Of a DNA stretch of 64,000 nucleotides, positions 38,509-47,543 are shown in pieces. The stretch's first letter is position 1. Each line of letters starts with the position of its first letter. A program made the position numbers and the translations under genes. The stretch comes from Escherichia phage BYEP02: the sequence record OR757454.1; one strand, written 5' to 3'. Under the pieces are notes generated by a model. That model saw only the letters and a program-made list of their open reading frames with translations, did no database searches and was not told the DNA's origin.

Positions 38509-38786
38509 TGGCTCAATTAAGCGCAGGGTTTGGTTATGAGTATTATACTGCCCCTCGTCGTGTATCTGTTGCTCCTAAGAAAATTCAAAGTCTTGATGAC
38601 TTCCAGGAAGTAGTCCGTAAAGCTTTCCAGGACTATGCACGTTATCTTAAAGAAGATTCACAGGACTGTCTCGAAGAAGATGAAATTGCTTACTATGAGC
38701 AACGTCTTGAACAGCTCAAAAACCTACATGAGGTTCGTGCAGAAGTTTCAAAGTCTATGAATAAATTGATTAGATTTAAAGAATAA
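38508..38786 (+). CDS. Hypothetical small protein (92 aa)
   Basis: [92 protein letters not shown]. Confidence 0.5.
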   Translation: MAQLSAGFGYEYYTAPRRVSVAPKKIQSLDDFQEVVRKAFQDYARYLKEDSQDCLEEDEIAYYEQRLEQLKNLHEVRAEVSKSMNKLIRFKE

Positions 38787-38788
38787 CT

Positions 38789-38818
38789 GTTTACTTTTCC
38801 TCTTGACTGTGGTATAAT
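38789..38818 (+). promoter_or_regulatory. T4 early-type promoter for regB
   Basis: GTTTACttttcctcttgactgtggTATAAT. Confidence 0.6.
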
Positions 38819-38845
38819 TTTTCTATCAGTTAAGAGGAGAATAAC

Positions 38846-39307
38846 ATGACTATCAATACAGAAGTTTTTATCCGTCGAAATAAGCTCCGTCGTCACTTTG
38901 AGTCGGAGTTTCGTCAAATTAACAATGAGATTCGTGAGGCATCAAAAGCAGCAGGGGTCTCATCGTTTCATCTAAAATATTCTCAACATCTTCTTGATCG
39001 TGCAATTCAACGGGAGATTGATGAGACATACGTTTTTGAATTATTCCATAAAATAAAAGACCATGTTTTAGAAGTTAATGAATTCCTGAGTATGCCTCCG
39101 CGTCCTGACATTGACGAGGATTTTATTGATGGGGTTGAATATCGTCCTGGACGTTTAGAAATCACAGATGGAAATCTTTGGCTTGGATTTACAGTTTGTA
39201 AACCTAACGCGAAGTTCAAAGACCCGTCACTTCAGTGTAGGATGGCAATTATCAACAGTCGTCGTTTACCGGGAAAGGCTTCTAAAGCAGTAATTAAAAC
39301 TCAATGA
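38846..39307 (+). CDS. regB: Sequence-specific endoribonuclease RegB (intact, 153 aa)
   Basis: MTINTEVFIRRNKLRRHFESEFRQINNEIREASKAAGVSSFHLKYSQHLLDRAIQREIDETYVFELF...; matches recalled T4 RegB. Confidence 0.85.
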   Translation: MTINTEVFIRRNKLRRHFESEFRQINNEIREASKAAGVSSFHLKYSQHLLDRAIQREIDETYVFELFHKIKDHVLEVNEFLSMPPRPDIDEDFIDGVEYRPGRLEITDGNLWLGFTVCKPNAKFKDPSLQCRMAIINSRRLPGKASKAVIKTQ

Positions 39308-39314
39308 GGTAAGC

Positions 39315-39860
39315 ATGAGAAAAGCACTACTCGCTGGTCTATTGGCCATTTCAATGATGGCACATAGCTCCGAGCATACTTTCAGTAATGTCCAACTCGA
39401 TAACATGCGTTACGCGTATCAATTCGGGGAACAATTTTCTAAGGATGGAAAATATAAAACACACAAAAATATCCACAAGAGCGGATTGGGTCATATAATG
39501 GCTGCTATTTTATGGCAAGAAAGCTCTGCCGGAGTTAATTTAAAATCTAAACCAAAGCATCATGCCTATGGAATGTTCCAAAATTATTTGCCGACTATGC
39601 GAGCAAGAGTTAAGGAACTTGGTTATAATATGACCGATGCTGAAATAAAAAGAATGTTGAATAAACGGTCCAATTCAGCTTCATGGGCGTACATTGAACT
39701 TTCTTATTGGTTAAATATACATAAGGGCGATATAAGAAAGGCAATATCCTCTTATAATTCGGGATGGAATGTTAAAGCAGGTTCTAAATATGCTTCTGAA
39801 GTCCTAGAAAAGGCTAATTACCTTAAAAATAATAAACTTTTGGAAATAGTAAATGACTAA
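39315..39860 (+). CDS. Secreted protein with signal peptide (vs.1-like), 181 aa
   Basis: MRKALLAGLLAISMMAHSSEH... signal peptide; follows regB. Confidence 0.55.
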   Translation: MRKALLAGLLAISMMAHSSEHTFSNVQLDNMRYAYQFGEQFSKDGKYKTHKNIHKSGLGHIMAAILWQESSAGVNLKSKPKHHAYGMFQNYLPTMRARVKELGYNMTDAEIKRMLNKRSNSASWAYIELSYWLNIHKGDIRKAISSYNSGWNVKAGSKYASEVLEKANYLKNNKLLEIVND

Positions 39861-40194
39861 AATTTTGGTTTTATGTATAGGATTAATTTCATTTTCTGCG
39901 TTAGCAAATACATCATACACTGAAATTAGAGAGTATGTAAACCGTACTGCCGCGGATTATTGTGGGAAAAATAAAGCATGCCAAGCTGAATTTGCGCAGA
40001 AATTAATATATGCATATAAAGACGGAGAAAGAGATAAATCAAGTAGATACAAAAATGATACTTTATTAAAACGATATGCTAAAAAGTGGAATACCTTAGA
40101 ATGTTCAGTTGCGGAGGAGAAAGATAAAGCCGCTTGTCATTCAATGGTTGACCGTTTGGTAGATTCTTATAATCGAGGATTGAGTACTAGATGA
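39853..40194 (+). CDS. Secreted small protein with signal peptide (113 aa)
   Basis: MTKILVLCIGLISFSALANTSYTEIREYVNRTAADYCGKNKACQAEF...; 3' end lies in copy 1 of junction duplication 40152-40305. Confidence 0.55.
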   Translation: MTKILVLCIGLISFSALANTSYTEIREYVNRTAADYCGKNKACQAEFAQKLIYAYKDGERDKSSRYKNDTLLKRYAKKWNTLECSVAEEKDKAACHSMVDRLVDSYNRGLSTR

Positions 40195-40305
40195 TTGTAA
40201 AATATATCAAGGGCGATATTGTCGCCCTCCGTTTGGTAGATTCTTATAATCGAGGATTGAGTACTAGATGATTGTAAAATATATCAAGGGCGATATTGTC
40301 GCCCT
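40152..40305. repeat. 77-bp tandem duplication at the junction of the secreted-protein gene and macrodomain-like gene
   Basis: ccgtttggtagattcttataatcgaggattgagtactagatgattgtaaaatatatcaagg... twice. Confidence 0.9.
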
Positions 40306-40735
40306 TTTCGCTGAAGGTAAAAATATTGCGCATGGATGTAATTGTTTTCACACGATGAAAGCTGGAGTCGCAGGTCAATTAACTAAAGCTTTCCCTAAAA
40401 TTTTGGAAGCTGATAAATTACAGACAGAATGGGGCGATGTAACTAAACTCGGTTCTTACTCAGTCTATGAAAAATACTTTAGGACTCATAAAGCTTACTG
40501 CTTCAATCTTTATACTCAATTTCAACCGGGGCCAAATTTTGAGTATTCCGCTTTAATGAATTGTATGTTAGAATTAAATGAGTTTGGTGAAAATAAACTG
40601 ATTAAACCTACAATCTATATGCCTAGGATTGGTGCAGGCATAGGTAAAGGGAACTGGGATATTATTGAGGGGATTTTAGATACATATTCCTCTAAATTAG
40701 AAATTGTGATTGTTGATTGGGAACCGTTATTATGA
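40268..40735 (+). CDS. Macrodomain-like (ADP-ribose binding/processing) protein, 155 aa
   Basis: MIVKYIKGDIVALFAEGKNIAHGCNCFHTMKAGVAGQLTKAFP... and glycine-rich loop PRIGAGIGKGNWDIIEGIL resemble macrodomain motifs (compare YmdB VQGDIT...VNAAH and AFPAISTGVYG). Confidence 0.5.
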   Translation: MIVKYIKGDIVALFAEGKNIAHGCNCFHTMKAGVAGQLTKAFPKILEADKLQTEWGDVTKLGSYSVYEKYFRTHKAYCFNLYTQFQPGPNFEYSALMNCMLELNEFGENKLIKPTIYMPRIGAGIGKGNWDIIEGILDTYSSKLEIVIVDWEPLL

Positions 40736-40944
40736 ATATACATTATCCACATCCGTATGACCCAAAGAATAAGGCAGTAATTATTCGTCAATGGGAACGC
40801 ATTTGCCGTACTAAATGTCCAATTAATAGTCCACATGATGTAGATAAAGACTACATTGGAACATTCGTTGAATATACCTTTATTGATAAGAAAGGTCGTA
40901 AACAACATGTAGAAGAATATTGCTTAAAGGTTACATGGTTATGA
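40732..40944 (+). CDS. Hypothetical small protein
   Basis: MNIHYPHPYDPKNKAVIIRQWERICRTKCPINSPHDVDKDYIGTFVEYTFIDKKGRKQHVEEYCLKVTWL. Confidence 0.5.
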   Translation: MNIHYPHPYDPKNKAVIIRQWERICRTKCPINSPHDVDKDYIGTFVEYTFIDKKGRKQHVEEYCLKVTWL

Positions 40945-41147
40945 GCCAAACTAGTATTCTTAAAAATGCCCACTGCGAAAAGTGTAAGTGGCCGGTTGTT
41001 TTTGCTTTATGCAACGATGAAATGACTTGTGATTTCGATTATTGGTGCTATTGTTCTAATAAAGGATGCATCAATCATAAAGGTGAAGGATTTTATTCAG
41101 GATTTTATCCTTATCCTGATTTCGTTAAAGAAGGTAAACCAAAATGA
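40941..41147 (+). CDS. Cys-rich small protein (putative Zn-binding)
   Basis: MSQTSILKNAHCEKCKWPVVFALCNDEMTCDFDYWCYCSNKGCINHKGEG... Confidence 0.5.
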   Translation: MSQTSILKNAHCEKCKWPVVFALCNDEMTCDFDYWCYCSNKGCINHKGEGFYSGFYPYPDFVKEGKPK

Positions 41148-41320
41148 ATGATGATTTAAAATATCAATTATTACGTGAACTTGATGTTTTGATTAAACTT
41201 TCTGCGCAAAAAGGATTTATAATTGGATCAGGTCAAAAAGACCCCAACGGTCATTCAATCGTAGCAGTTATGAATCAGAAACGAGTCATTTTAAAACTTT
41301 TGGGGATTGACATACTGTGA
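41144..41320 (+). CDS. Hypothetical small protein (58 aa)
   Basis: MNDDLKYQLLRELDVLIKLSAQKGFIIGSGQKDPNGHSIVAVMNQKRVILKLLGIDIL. Confidence 0.45.
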   Translation: MNDDLKYQLLRELDVLIKLSAQKGFIIGSGQKDPNGHSIVAVMNQKRVILKLLGIDIL

Positions 41321-41502
41321 GCCTAAGCAAAGAACAAAAAGATAAATTGTTTGAGCTTATCCATGAACTTCTAGATGAGCATACAGAAGCAAACACCTTT
41401 TATGATGAATACGGCCCGCTATCTCCTGAACAGCAGGAAGAATTTGCTGATCGGTTTGATAAGAAAGAAAATGAATTAATAGCTTATGTGAATACGCTTT
41501 AA
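41317..41502 (+). CDS. Hypothetical small acidic protein (GTG start)
   Basis: ORF MSLSKEQKDKLFELIHELLDEHTEANTFYDEYGPLSPEQQEEFADRFDKKENELIAYVNTL. Confidence 0.45.
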   Translation: MSLSKEQKDKLFELIHELLDEHTEANTFYDEYGPLSPEQQEEFADRFDKKENELIAYVNTL

Positions 41503-41511
41503 GAAGGTGAT

Positions 41512-42093
41512 ATGGCGAGTTTAATTTTTACTTATGCAGCAATGAATGCTGGAAAATCTGCTTCTCTTTTGACTGCTGCGCATAATTATAAAGAACGCGG
41601 AATGAGTGTATTAGTTCTTAAGCCTGCTATTGATACTCGCGATTCTGTCTGTGAAGTCGTTTCTCGCATTGGAATTAAGCAGGAAGCGAATATTATTACG
41701 GATGATATGGATATTTTTGAGTTCTATAAATGGGCTGAAGCACAAAAAGATATTCATTGCGTATTTGTAGATGAAGCTCAGTTTTTAAAAACTGAACAGG
41801 TGCATCAATTAAGCCGAATTGTTGATACATATAATGTTCCTGTTATGGCTTATGGGCTAAGGACTGATTTCGCTGGAAAATTATTTGAAGGTTCTAAAGA
41901 ACTTTTGGCGATTGCAGATAAACTTATTGAACTAAAAGCAGTTTGTCATTGTGGTAAAAAAGCTATTATGACAGCTCGATTAATGGAAGATGGAACACCA
42001 GTTAAAGAAGGTAATCAAATCTGTATTGGTGATGAAATTTATGTTTCTTTGTGTAGAAAACATTGGAATGAATTAACTAAAAAGCTCGGTTAG
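41512..42093 (+). CDS. tk: Thymidine kinase (intact, 193 aa)
   Basis: MASLIFTYAAMNAGKSASLLTAAHNYKERGMSVLVLKPAIDTRD...VFVDEAQFL...; P-loop and C-terminal Zn-ribbon CHCGKKA...C. Confidence 0.92.
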   Translation: MASLIFTYAAMNAGKSASLLTAAHNYKERGMSVLVLKPAIDTRDSVCEVVSRIGIKQEANIITDDMDIFEFYKWAEAQKDIHCVFVDEAQFLKTEQVHQLSRIVDTYNVPVMAYGLRTDFAGKLFEGSKELLAIADKLIELKAVCHCGKKAIMTARLMEDGTPVKEGNQICIGDEIYVSLCRKHWNELTKKLG

Positions 42094-42135
42094 TGCAAAA
42101 GTTATAAATAGGTTTATCTAACTAAAGGGGTATAT

Positions 42136-42348
42136 ATGCTACAATTAACTGAAAAGCAACTTCGCAATCTTACTGTTCTTCAATTAGATGAAATTCGTAG
42201 GGAAGTTGGAAATATCATTTCAGCTTTGCGTCGAGAAGTATCACTCAACCAATCTCCGGCAGACTATACTAGATTGCGAAATTTTGAAAAATACCTTGAT
42301 AGAGTTAAGGCCGTGCATCGGCATAAAGTAAATACAGGACAAAAATGA
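42136..42348 (+). CDS. Hypothetical small protein (rI.1 position)
   Basis: [73 protein letters not shown]. Confidence 0.5.
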   Translation: MLQLTEKQLRNLTVLQLDEIRREVGNIISALRREVSLNQSPADYTRLRNFEKYLDRVKAVHRHKVNTGQK

Positions 42349-42360
42349 TAGGAGGCCTTT

Positions 42361-42654
42361 ATGGCCTTAAAAGCAACGGCACTATTTGCCATGCTAGGAT
42401 TGTCATTTGTTTTATCTCCATCGATTGAAGCGAATGTCGATCCTCATTTTGATAAATTTATGGAATCTGGTATTAGGCACGTTTATATGCTTTTTGAAAA
42501 TAAAAGCGTAGAATCGTCTGAACAATTCTATAGTTTTATGAGAACGACCTATAAAAATGACCCGTGCTCTTCTGATTTTGAATGCATAGAACGAGGCGCG
42601 GAGATGGCACAATCATACGCTAGAATTATGAACATTAAATTGGAGACTGAATGA
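42361..42654 (+). CDS. rI: Lysis-inhibition regulator RI (antiholin), 97 aa
   Basis: [97 protein letters not shown]; signal peptide, size and position as T4 RI. Confidence 0.8.
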   Translation: MALKATALFAMLGLSFVLSPSIEANVDPHFDKFMESGIRHVYMLFENKSVESSEQFYSFMRTTYKNDPCSSDFECIERGAEMAQSYARIMNIKLETE

Positions 42655-43114
42655 AATTCAGCGACTTTTCACAAAGTGGAAAACCTTCAAAGGCAGATGA
42701 ATACTTAGGTTTATTAATGGCTGCACAAGCTTATTTTCATTCTGCTCACAAAGTGGAAAACCTTCAAAGGCAGATGAATACTTAGGTTTATTAATGGCTG
42801 CACAAGCTTATTTTCATTCTGCACATTTTGAAACTAAAAGTTATGCTAGACACAAAGCATACGATTTTATTTTCTCCGAGTTGCCAGATTTGATTGATAA
42901 ATTTGGTGAGCAATATTTGGGGTATTCTGGTAGAAAATACACACCTTCAATTCCAGATGCTAGTAAACTTCCTACCGACACAATTAAAATGATTGATCGC
43001 ATACTAGACCAATCTAACAGCATTTATAAAGAAATGCCTCCAGCCATCCAAAGCACGATAGATGATATTACTGGAATGTTTTACCAGAGTAAGTATCTTC
43101 TTTCCCTCGAATAA
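42651..43114 (+). CDS. Hypothetical protein (rI.-1 position); frameshifted by 77-bp duplication 42670-42823
   Basis: [49 protein letters not shown]... Confidence 0.5.
42670..42823. repeat. 77-bp tandem duplication inside rI.-1-position gene
   Basis: cacaaagtggaaaaccttcaaaggcagatgaatacttaggtttattaatgg... twice. Confidence 0.9.
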
Positions 43115-43118
43115 CGTT

Positions 43119-43143
43119 AGTCTCCTTCGGGAGACTTTTTTCA
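43119..43143 (+). terminator. Rho-independent terminator
   Basis: agtctcc-ttcg-ggagact followed by ttttttt. Confidence 0.75.
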
Positions 43144-43151
43144 TTTTACCG

Positions 43152-43182
43152 GTTTACTTTCCATTTGAGCTGTGATACTATA
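43152..43182 (+). promoter_or_regulatory. T4 early-type promoter
   Basis: GTTTACtttccatttgagctgtgaTACTATacaac. Confidence 0.6.
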
Positions 43183-43209
43183 CAACCATCGGATAAAGAG
43201 GAGAACATC

Positions 43210-43398
43210 ATGAAAATTGAAGCACTCAATCAAGAAGGAAATATCTACGTCATCATTAATGGTGATTTTTTCGTCGACATGGATGAAGTTACTAGTGAAG
43301 AACTTGTAGAACTTCTTAAGAAACGTTATAATATGTGTGATGAAGTTGCAACTCACATGGCGTGTGCAATATTCTCTCTTTCATATGTGGTGGAATAA
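43210..43398 (+). CDS. Hypothetical small protein
   Basis: [62 protein letters not shown]. Confidence 0.5.
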
Positions 43399-43601
43399 TG
43401 ATTAGTATCGAACAAGCTGATAAAATTAAGGAATTGGTAGCTTTAATTCGTAAAGCAGACGAGGAGCGCATTAACTTTGCTTGGTATTCATCGGGTATTT
43501 CGAATAAAGGCATTAAAGACTTTGAAACTAAAGTGGATAATGCTTTAGAAGCGTTAGATATGTTTCTTGATGAAATTATCGATCATAATACGAGAGTTTA
43601 A
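43398..43601 (+). CDS. Hypothetical small protein
   Basis: [67 protein letters not shown]. Confidence 0.45.
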   Translation: MISIEQADKIKELVALIRKADEERINFAWYSSGISNKGIKDFETKVDNALEALDMFLDEIIDHNTRV

Positions 43602-43603
43602 GT

Positions 43604-43798
43604 ATGCTAACACGCGAACAGTTTGAAAAAATCATTAAATTAGCACGTGATATTGAAATAGATTCATATCAATTAGCAGTTGAGCATTGTGAAGGATATT
43701 CATACGACGGTATAGAAGCAGCTAAAAAGGATTTGGATAAATCTAAAGCTAAGTTAGTTCAATATCTTGAAATGATTAGGTGGAATAATGAAAACTGA
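43604..43798 (+). CDS. Hypothetical small protein
   Basis: ORF MLTREQFEKIIKLARDIEIDSYQLAVEHCEGYSYDGIEAAKKDLDKSKAKLVQYLEMIRWNNEN. Confidence 0.45.
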   Translation: MLTREQFEKIIKLARDIEIDSYQLAVEHCEGYSYDGIEAAKKDLDKSKAKLVQYLEMIRWNNEN

Positions 43799-43961
43799 AA
43801 AGCAGATGTTTTTAATGAAACTAATTGAAGAATATGCTAATGCAGTTTCTGACTATGAGTATTCTGCTCGGGAAAGAGGTACAGCTTTCGCAAAAGAAGA
43901 AATGAAAATCATGGTTGATGCTCACACAAAGCTTCAGAATTTTATTGAAAACGTCATTTAA
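43788..43961 (+). CDS. Hypothetical small protein
   Basis: MKTEKQMFLMKLIEEYANAVSDYEYSAREEGTAFAKEEMKIMVDAHTKLQNFIENVI. Confidence 0.4.
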   Translation: MKTEKQMFLMKLIEEYANAVSDYEYSARERGTAFAKEEMKIMVDAHTKLQNFIENVI

Positions 43962-43963
43962 TG

Positions 43964-43993
43964 GTTTACAAGTTGGCAAGGTTATGGTATAGT
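43964..43993 (+). promoter_or_regulatory. T4 early-type promoter
   Basis: GTTTACaagttggcaaggttatggTATAGT. Confidence 0.5.
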
Positions 43994-44125
43994 AATCTTG
44001 TCAACTGCCAAGGAGAAGAGAATGAAAGTTTTGTTTGTTGTGTATGTGATGATTCAATATAATTACCCAATGTTTACTTATAATCTGGTGAACAACATTA
44101 TTGATATTATTCAAAGGAGTATGTA

Positions 44126-44311
44126 ATGACAAGTGAGCAGGCTTTTAAATTAAGAGAATTAATTGAGACGTATAGTAAAGCTGTTCATACATCAACAATT
44201 ATTGATGAATCAGCTTTCTCCGGACATGCTAACAAGATTAAATACAAAACTCTTATGGAAGAAGCTAAAGTAAATCTTGATTCTTATATTGAAACTTTAA
44301 TTGGTGAATAA
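44126..44311 (+). CDS. Hypothetical small protein
   Basis: ORF MTSEQAFKLRELIETYSKAVHTSTIIDESAFSGHANKIKYKTLMEEAKVNLDSYIETLIGE. Confidence 0.45.
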   Translation: MTSEQAFKLRELIETYSKAVHTSTIIDESAFSGHANKIKYKTLMEEAKVNLDSYIETLIGE

Positions 44312-44312
44312 T

Positions 44313-44579
44313 ATGAGTTTTCCTAAATTAGAAGTAGGTGACTTAGTTTTAACAAAATTATGGAATGGTGTTCAATCAGTAGAAATCTGCCAATATCGTG
44401 GAGCAACAGGTAATTTGATGTACACGATTTATAATCCAGAAATTTTGTTAGAGTGTCATTTGGAACGCTTTATAAAAGACACCGATAGTATGCCTTATAG
44501 TGTATCAATTGTACGTAAATCTGATACAAAGGAATACTCTAAAATTTTAGAACAAATCAGCGCAAATAAAAAGGATTAA
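44313..44579 (+). CDS. Hypothetical small protein
   Basis: MSFPKLEVGDLVLTKLWNGVQSVEICQYRGATGNLMYTIYNPEILLECHLERFIKDTDSMPYSVSIVRKSDTKEYSKILEQISANKKD. Confidence 0.45.
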   Translation: MSFPKLEVGDLVLTKLWNGVQSVEICQYRGATGNLMYTIYNPEILLECHLERFIKDTDSMPYSVSIVRKSDTKEYSKILEQISANKKD

Positions 44580-44580
44580 T

Positions 44581-45191
44581 ATGAAACGATTAGTATTAGA
44601 AGTTAGTTCATTTTTTGGTGAATTGGCTATAGAAAAAGTAAATAATATGTATCGTTTGACGCAAGAAGACGATATGCTATATTTTACGCCTAGCGAAATT
44701 ATTCATTTAACCCAAATTGAAAAACCTTACACTGATAAAATTGTAAGCATTAATGATGAGCATAAAATTCATTTCTATTCTTTATGCCCAGGATTTAACA
44801 TTGAAAGCGAGTCAATATGCTTATCAGTTATCCATTGGGATAGTTTTATAGCTAAGATTAAATATTTTTATTATTCTAATGAAAGAAAACATAGTTTAAA
44901 ATGGCTCAAAAATTGCAATGCTATTATTACTAACGCTTGCAATCAGAATGATGAAACTGTTTTAAACATAGTTTAAAATGGCTCAAAAATTGCAATGCTA
45001 TTATTACTAACGCTTGCAATCAGAATGATGAAACTGTTTTAAATGTATCAAAATGTTATGAAGATGGAGATGTCTTAACTATTCGTCAAATTGATGATTT
45101 TCGAGCGCATATTGTCACATTTACCAAAGACGAAGCTATTGCGTTAAAGACTTATCTTGATTCTGTCATTCCAACTATGATTTCAAAGTGA
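44581..45191 (+). CDS. Hypothetical protein (~177 aa); frameshifted by 77-bp duplication 44890-45043
   Basis: MKRLVLEVSSFFGELAIEKVNNMYRLTQEDDMLYFTPSEIIHLTQIEKPY...; C-terminus ...TKDEAIALKTYLDSVIPTMISK readable past the duplication. Confidence 0.5.
44890..45043. repeat. 77-bp tandem duplication inside gene 44581..45191
   Basis: catagtttaaaatggctcaaaaattgcaatgctattattactaacgcttgc... twice. Confidence 0.9.
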
Positions 45192-45197
45192 GGAAAT

Positions 45198-45719
45198 ATG
45201 TTTATTTCAAGTGGAAGCGGTTTAATTCGTGTTGAATTTAAAAATGACATCTTTCTTAGTCAAGGAGATGATATTATTAAAATGAGTTATGACGAAATCA
45301 AGAAAATTTGTCATGCTCTTGAAAGTCATGGAAAGGAAAATGCTACTATCGATATAGGTGATTTATGGGTGACACTTTATGAAGTATCCGAAGGATTTAA
45401 CATTGAAGATGAAAACAACATTTTAGCTATTGATAAAAGAAGTGATTTGTTTGATGTATTAAAAGTTTATGAACAGTCAAATGGTGGAAGAAAAGCTGTA
45501 TTGATTTATCAAAAACCACATTCGTGTGGAACTGCTTCAATCATTTCAAATATTGAAGATGAAACTGATACTTATATGTGTGTTTTAAAAGCCGGTGGTG
45601 ACCGTCATCCGGATTTTATTTCTATTCGTCAAAACAATGGAGAAATTTCATTATCAAAATCAGAAGCTGAAGCTATGATTAAGTATTTAACAACCGTTAC
45701 GCCTTCAATGAAAGGATGA
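45198..45719 (+). CDS. Hypothetical protein (173 aa)
   Basis: ORF MFISSGSGLIRVEFKNDIFLSQGDDIIKMSYDEIKKICHALESHGKENATIDIGDLWVTLYEVSEGFNIEDENN... Confidence 0.55.
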   Translation: MFISSGSGLIRVEFKNDIFLSQGDDIIKMSYDEIKKICHALESHGKENATIDIGDLWVTLYEVSEGFNIEDENNILAIDKRSDLFDVLKVYEQSNGGRKAVLIYQKPHSCGTASIISNIEDETDTYMCVLKAGGDRHPDFISIRQNNGEISLSKSEAEAMIKYLTTVTPSMKG

Positions 45720-46189
45720 TTATAATTATGATTATTAATGAAAACTCTTGGCACTATAAATTATTCAAATTGTTTAACGATGAATGGCAACGACCTAAGA
45801 CACTGTGCGCGTATTTTTGGTCTATTGTTATTCCTACATTTTTCGTTTCTTTTTTCGGATGTACTATACTCGTAGGTCTAACTATTATCTGCGCAGAAAT
45901 CATGCAGAAATGGCTTATTTTTGGTAGTTTATGGACTCTTATTCCATCAGCATTTATACTTGCCATTTTGCTTGTTTTACTTATTATCGGTTCATTTGTT
46001 ATTCCTGCACAACTGCGTGAAAAATATAAAGATTATAAATGGAAAAAGGATTATGCTTTACACGTAGAAAATATTGATAGGGCGTATAAAGGTTTACCTC
46101 CTATTCAACCTAAGAAATCGATTATCGTCGAATTTTTAAAAGCTCGTAAAGCTAAAGTATGTCCTGTTATTGAATATAAGGCTGAATGA
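45716..46189 (+). CDS. Integral membrane protein (157 aa)
   Basis: ORF with hydrophobic helices ...TLCAYFWSIVIPTFFVSFFGCTILVGLTIICAEIMQKWLIFGSLWTLIPSAFILAILLVLLIIGSFVIP... Confidence 0.55.
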   Translation: MIIIMIINENSWHYKLFKLFNDEWQRPKTLCAYFWSIVIPTFFVSFFGCTILVGLTIICAEIMQKWLIFGSLWTLIPSAFILAILLVLLIIGSFVIPAQLREKYKDYKWKKDYALHVENIDRAYKGLPPIQPKKSIIVEFLKARKAKVCPVIEYKAE

Positions 46190-47276
46190 TGAAAACAGTA
46201 ATGAAAAGCTATTTTGGTAGTCATCTTTATGGAACTTCTACTCCAGAATCTGATGTAGATTTTAAAGAAATCTTTGTTCCTCCTGCTCGTGATATTCTTA
46301 TTGGAAATGTTAAAGAGCATATGAGCAAAAACACTAACAACACATCATCTAAAAACACTAAAGATGATATTGACCATGAACTATACAGTCTTAAGTATTT
46401 CTTTAAATTAGCAGCAGATGGTGAAACTGTAGCATTGGATATGCTCCACACTCCACCTGAACTAGTCTTAAATATTTCTTTAAATTAGCAGCAGATGGTG
46501 AAACCGTAGCATTGGATATGCTTCACACTCCACCTGAACTAGTGGTTAAATCTGATTTGCCTGATGTGTGGAAGTTTATTCAAGACAACCGTTCTCGTTT
46601 TTATACGACTAACATGAAATCCTATTTAGGATATGTCCGTAAGCAAGCTTCTAAATATGGCGTCAAGGGTTCTCGTTTGGCTGCATTACGTGATGTATTG
46701 AAAGTAGTTAATCAAATCCCTGAGCAATGGATTGATTACCAAGAAGATGGTTCTATTAAGCAGCGTCGTACTAAAGTTGAAGATATTAAGCATCGTCTTC
46801 CAGAAAACGAATTCTGTGAATGGGTGTTCCATAATCATGAGAAAACAGGCCCACAAACGTTCTACACTGTGTTGGGTCGTAAATATCAGACAACGCTTTC
46901 TCTTATTGAGCTTAAGCAGTCACTGAACAAATTAGATGCTGAATACGGTGAACGCGCTCGTAAGGCCGAAGCCAATGAAGGCATTGACTGGAAAGCTCTG
47001 AGCCATGCCTGCCGTGGTGGACTCCAACTATTGGAAATTTACAAAACTGGTGACTTGGTTTATCCACTCCAAGATGCTCCATTTATTCTCGACGTGAAGT
47101 TGGGTAAACACCCATTTAAAACAGTTCAAGAGTTTTTGGAAGATGTGGTCGATCAAGTAGAAGCAGCATCTACTGAAGCTTCTAAGAACGGTATGCAGCA
47201 AAAAGTAGACATGGGTTTCTGGGATGACTTCCTTGAGAAGGTTTATCTTGAAAACCACCGAAGCTATTATAAATGA
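46186..47276 (+). CDS. Nucleotidyltransferase-like protein (pol-beta superfamily motif), ~337 aa; frameshifted by 77-bp duplication 46390-46543
   Basis: N-terminal GSHLYGTSTPESDVDFKEIF matches the GS-x(9-13)-D-x-D/E nucleotidyltransferase signature; later acidic motif ETVALDMLH. Confidence 0.5.
46390..46543. repeat. 77-bp tandem duplication inside the nucleotidyltransferase-like gene
   Basis: cttaa(g/a)tatttctttaaattagcagcagatggtgaaac(t/c)gtagcattggatatgct... twice. Confidence 0.9.
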
Positions 47277-47278
47277 TA

Positions 47279-47303
47279 GGGAGCCCGAAGGCTCCCTTTT
47301 TTT
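47279..47303 (+). terminator. Rho-independent terminator
   Basis: gggagcccgaaggctccc + ttttttt after the stop at 47276. Confidence 0.75.
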
Positions 47304-47327
47304 ATTTCAAAAATTTTTCACAAAACT

Positions 47328-47357
47328 GTTTACAAGCATAAAGCTTTATGGTACTAT
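47328..47357 (+). promoter_or_regulatory. T4 early-type promoter
   Basis: tttttcacaaaactGTTTACaagcataaagctttatggTACTATacaac. Confidence 0.6.
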
Positions 47358-47393
47358 ACAACTATCAAAACAAACACTTAAACGGAAAACAAA

Positions 47394-47543
47394 ATGAAAA
47401 TTACACCAATTGAAGTAAAAAAGTTGATTGATACAGAAGAAATTTCAGAGTGTTTTGAAAGTTTCTTAGAAGACGCAACTGAAGATAACGCGGTTTATCT
47501 CGCCCAGAAAATTATCGAAACTTATTTGGAGAAGAATCAATGA
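47394..47543 (+). CDS. Hypothetical small acidic protein
   Basis: MKITPIEVKKLIDTEEISECFESFLEDATEDNAVYLAQKIIETYLEKNQ. Confidence 0.4.
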   Translation: MKITPIEVKKLIDTEEISECFESFLEDATEDNAVYLAQKIIETYLEKNQ

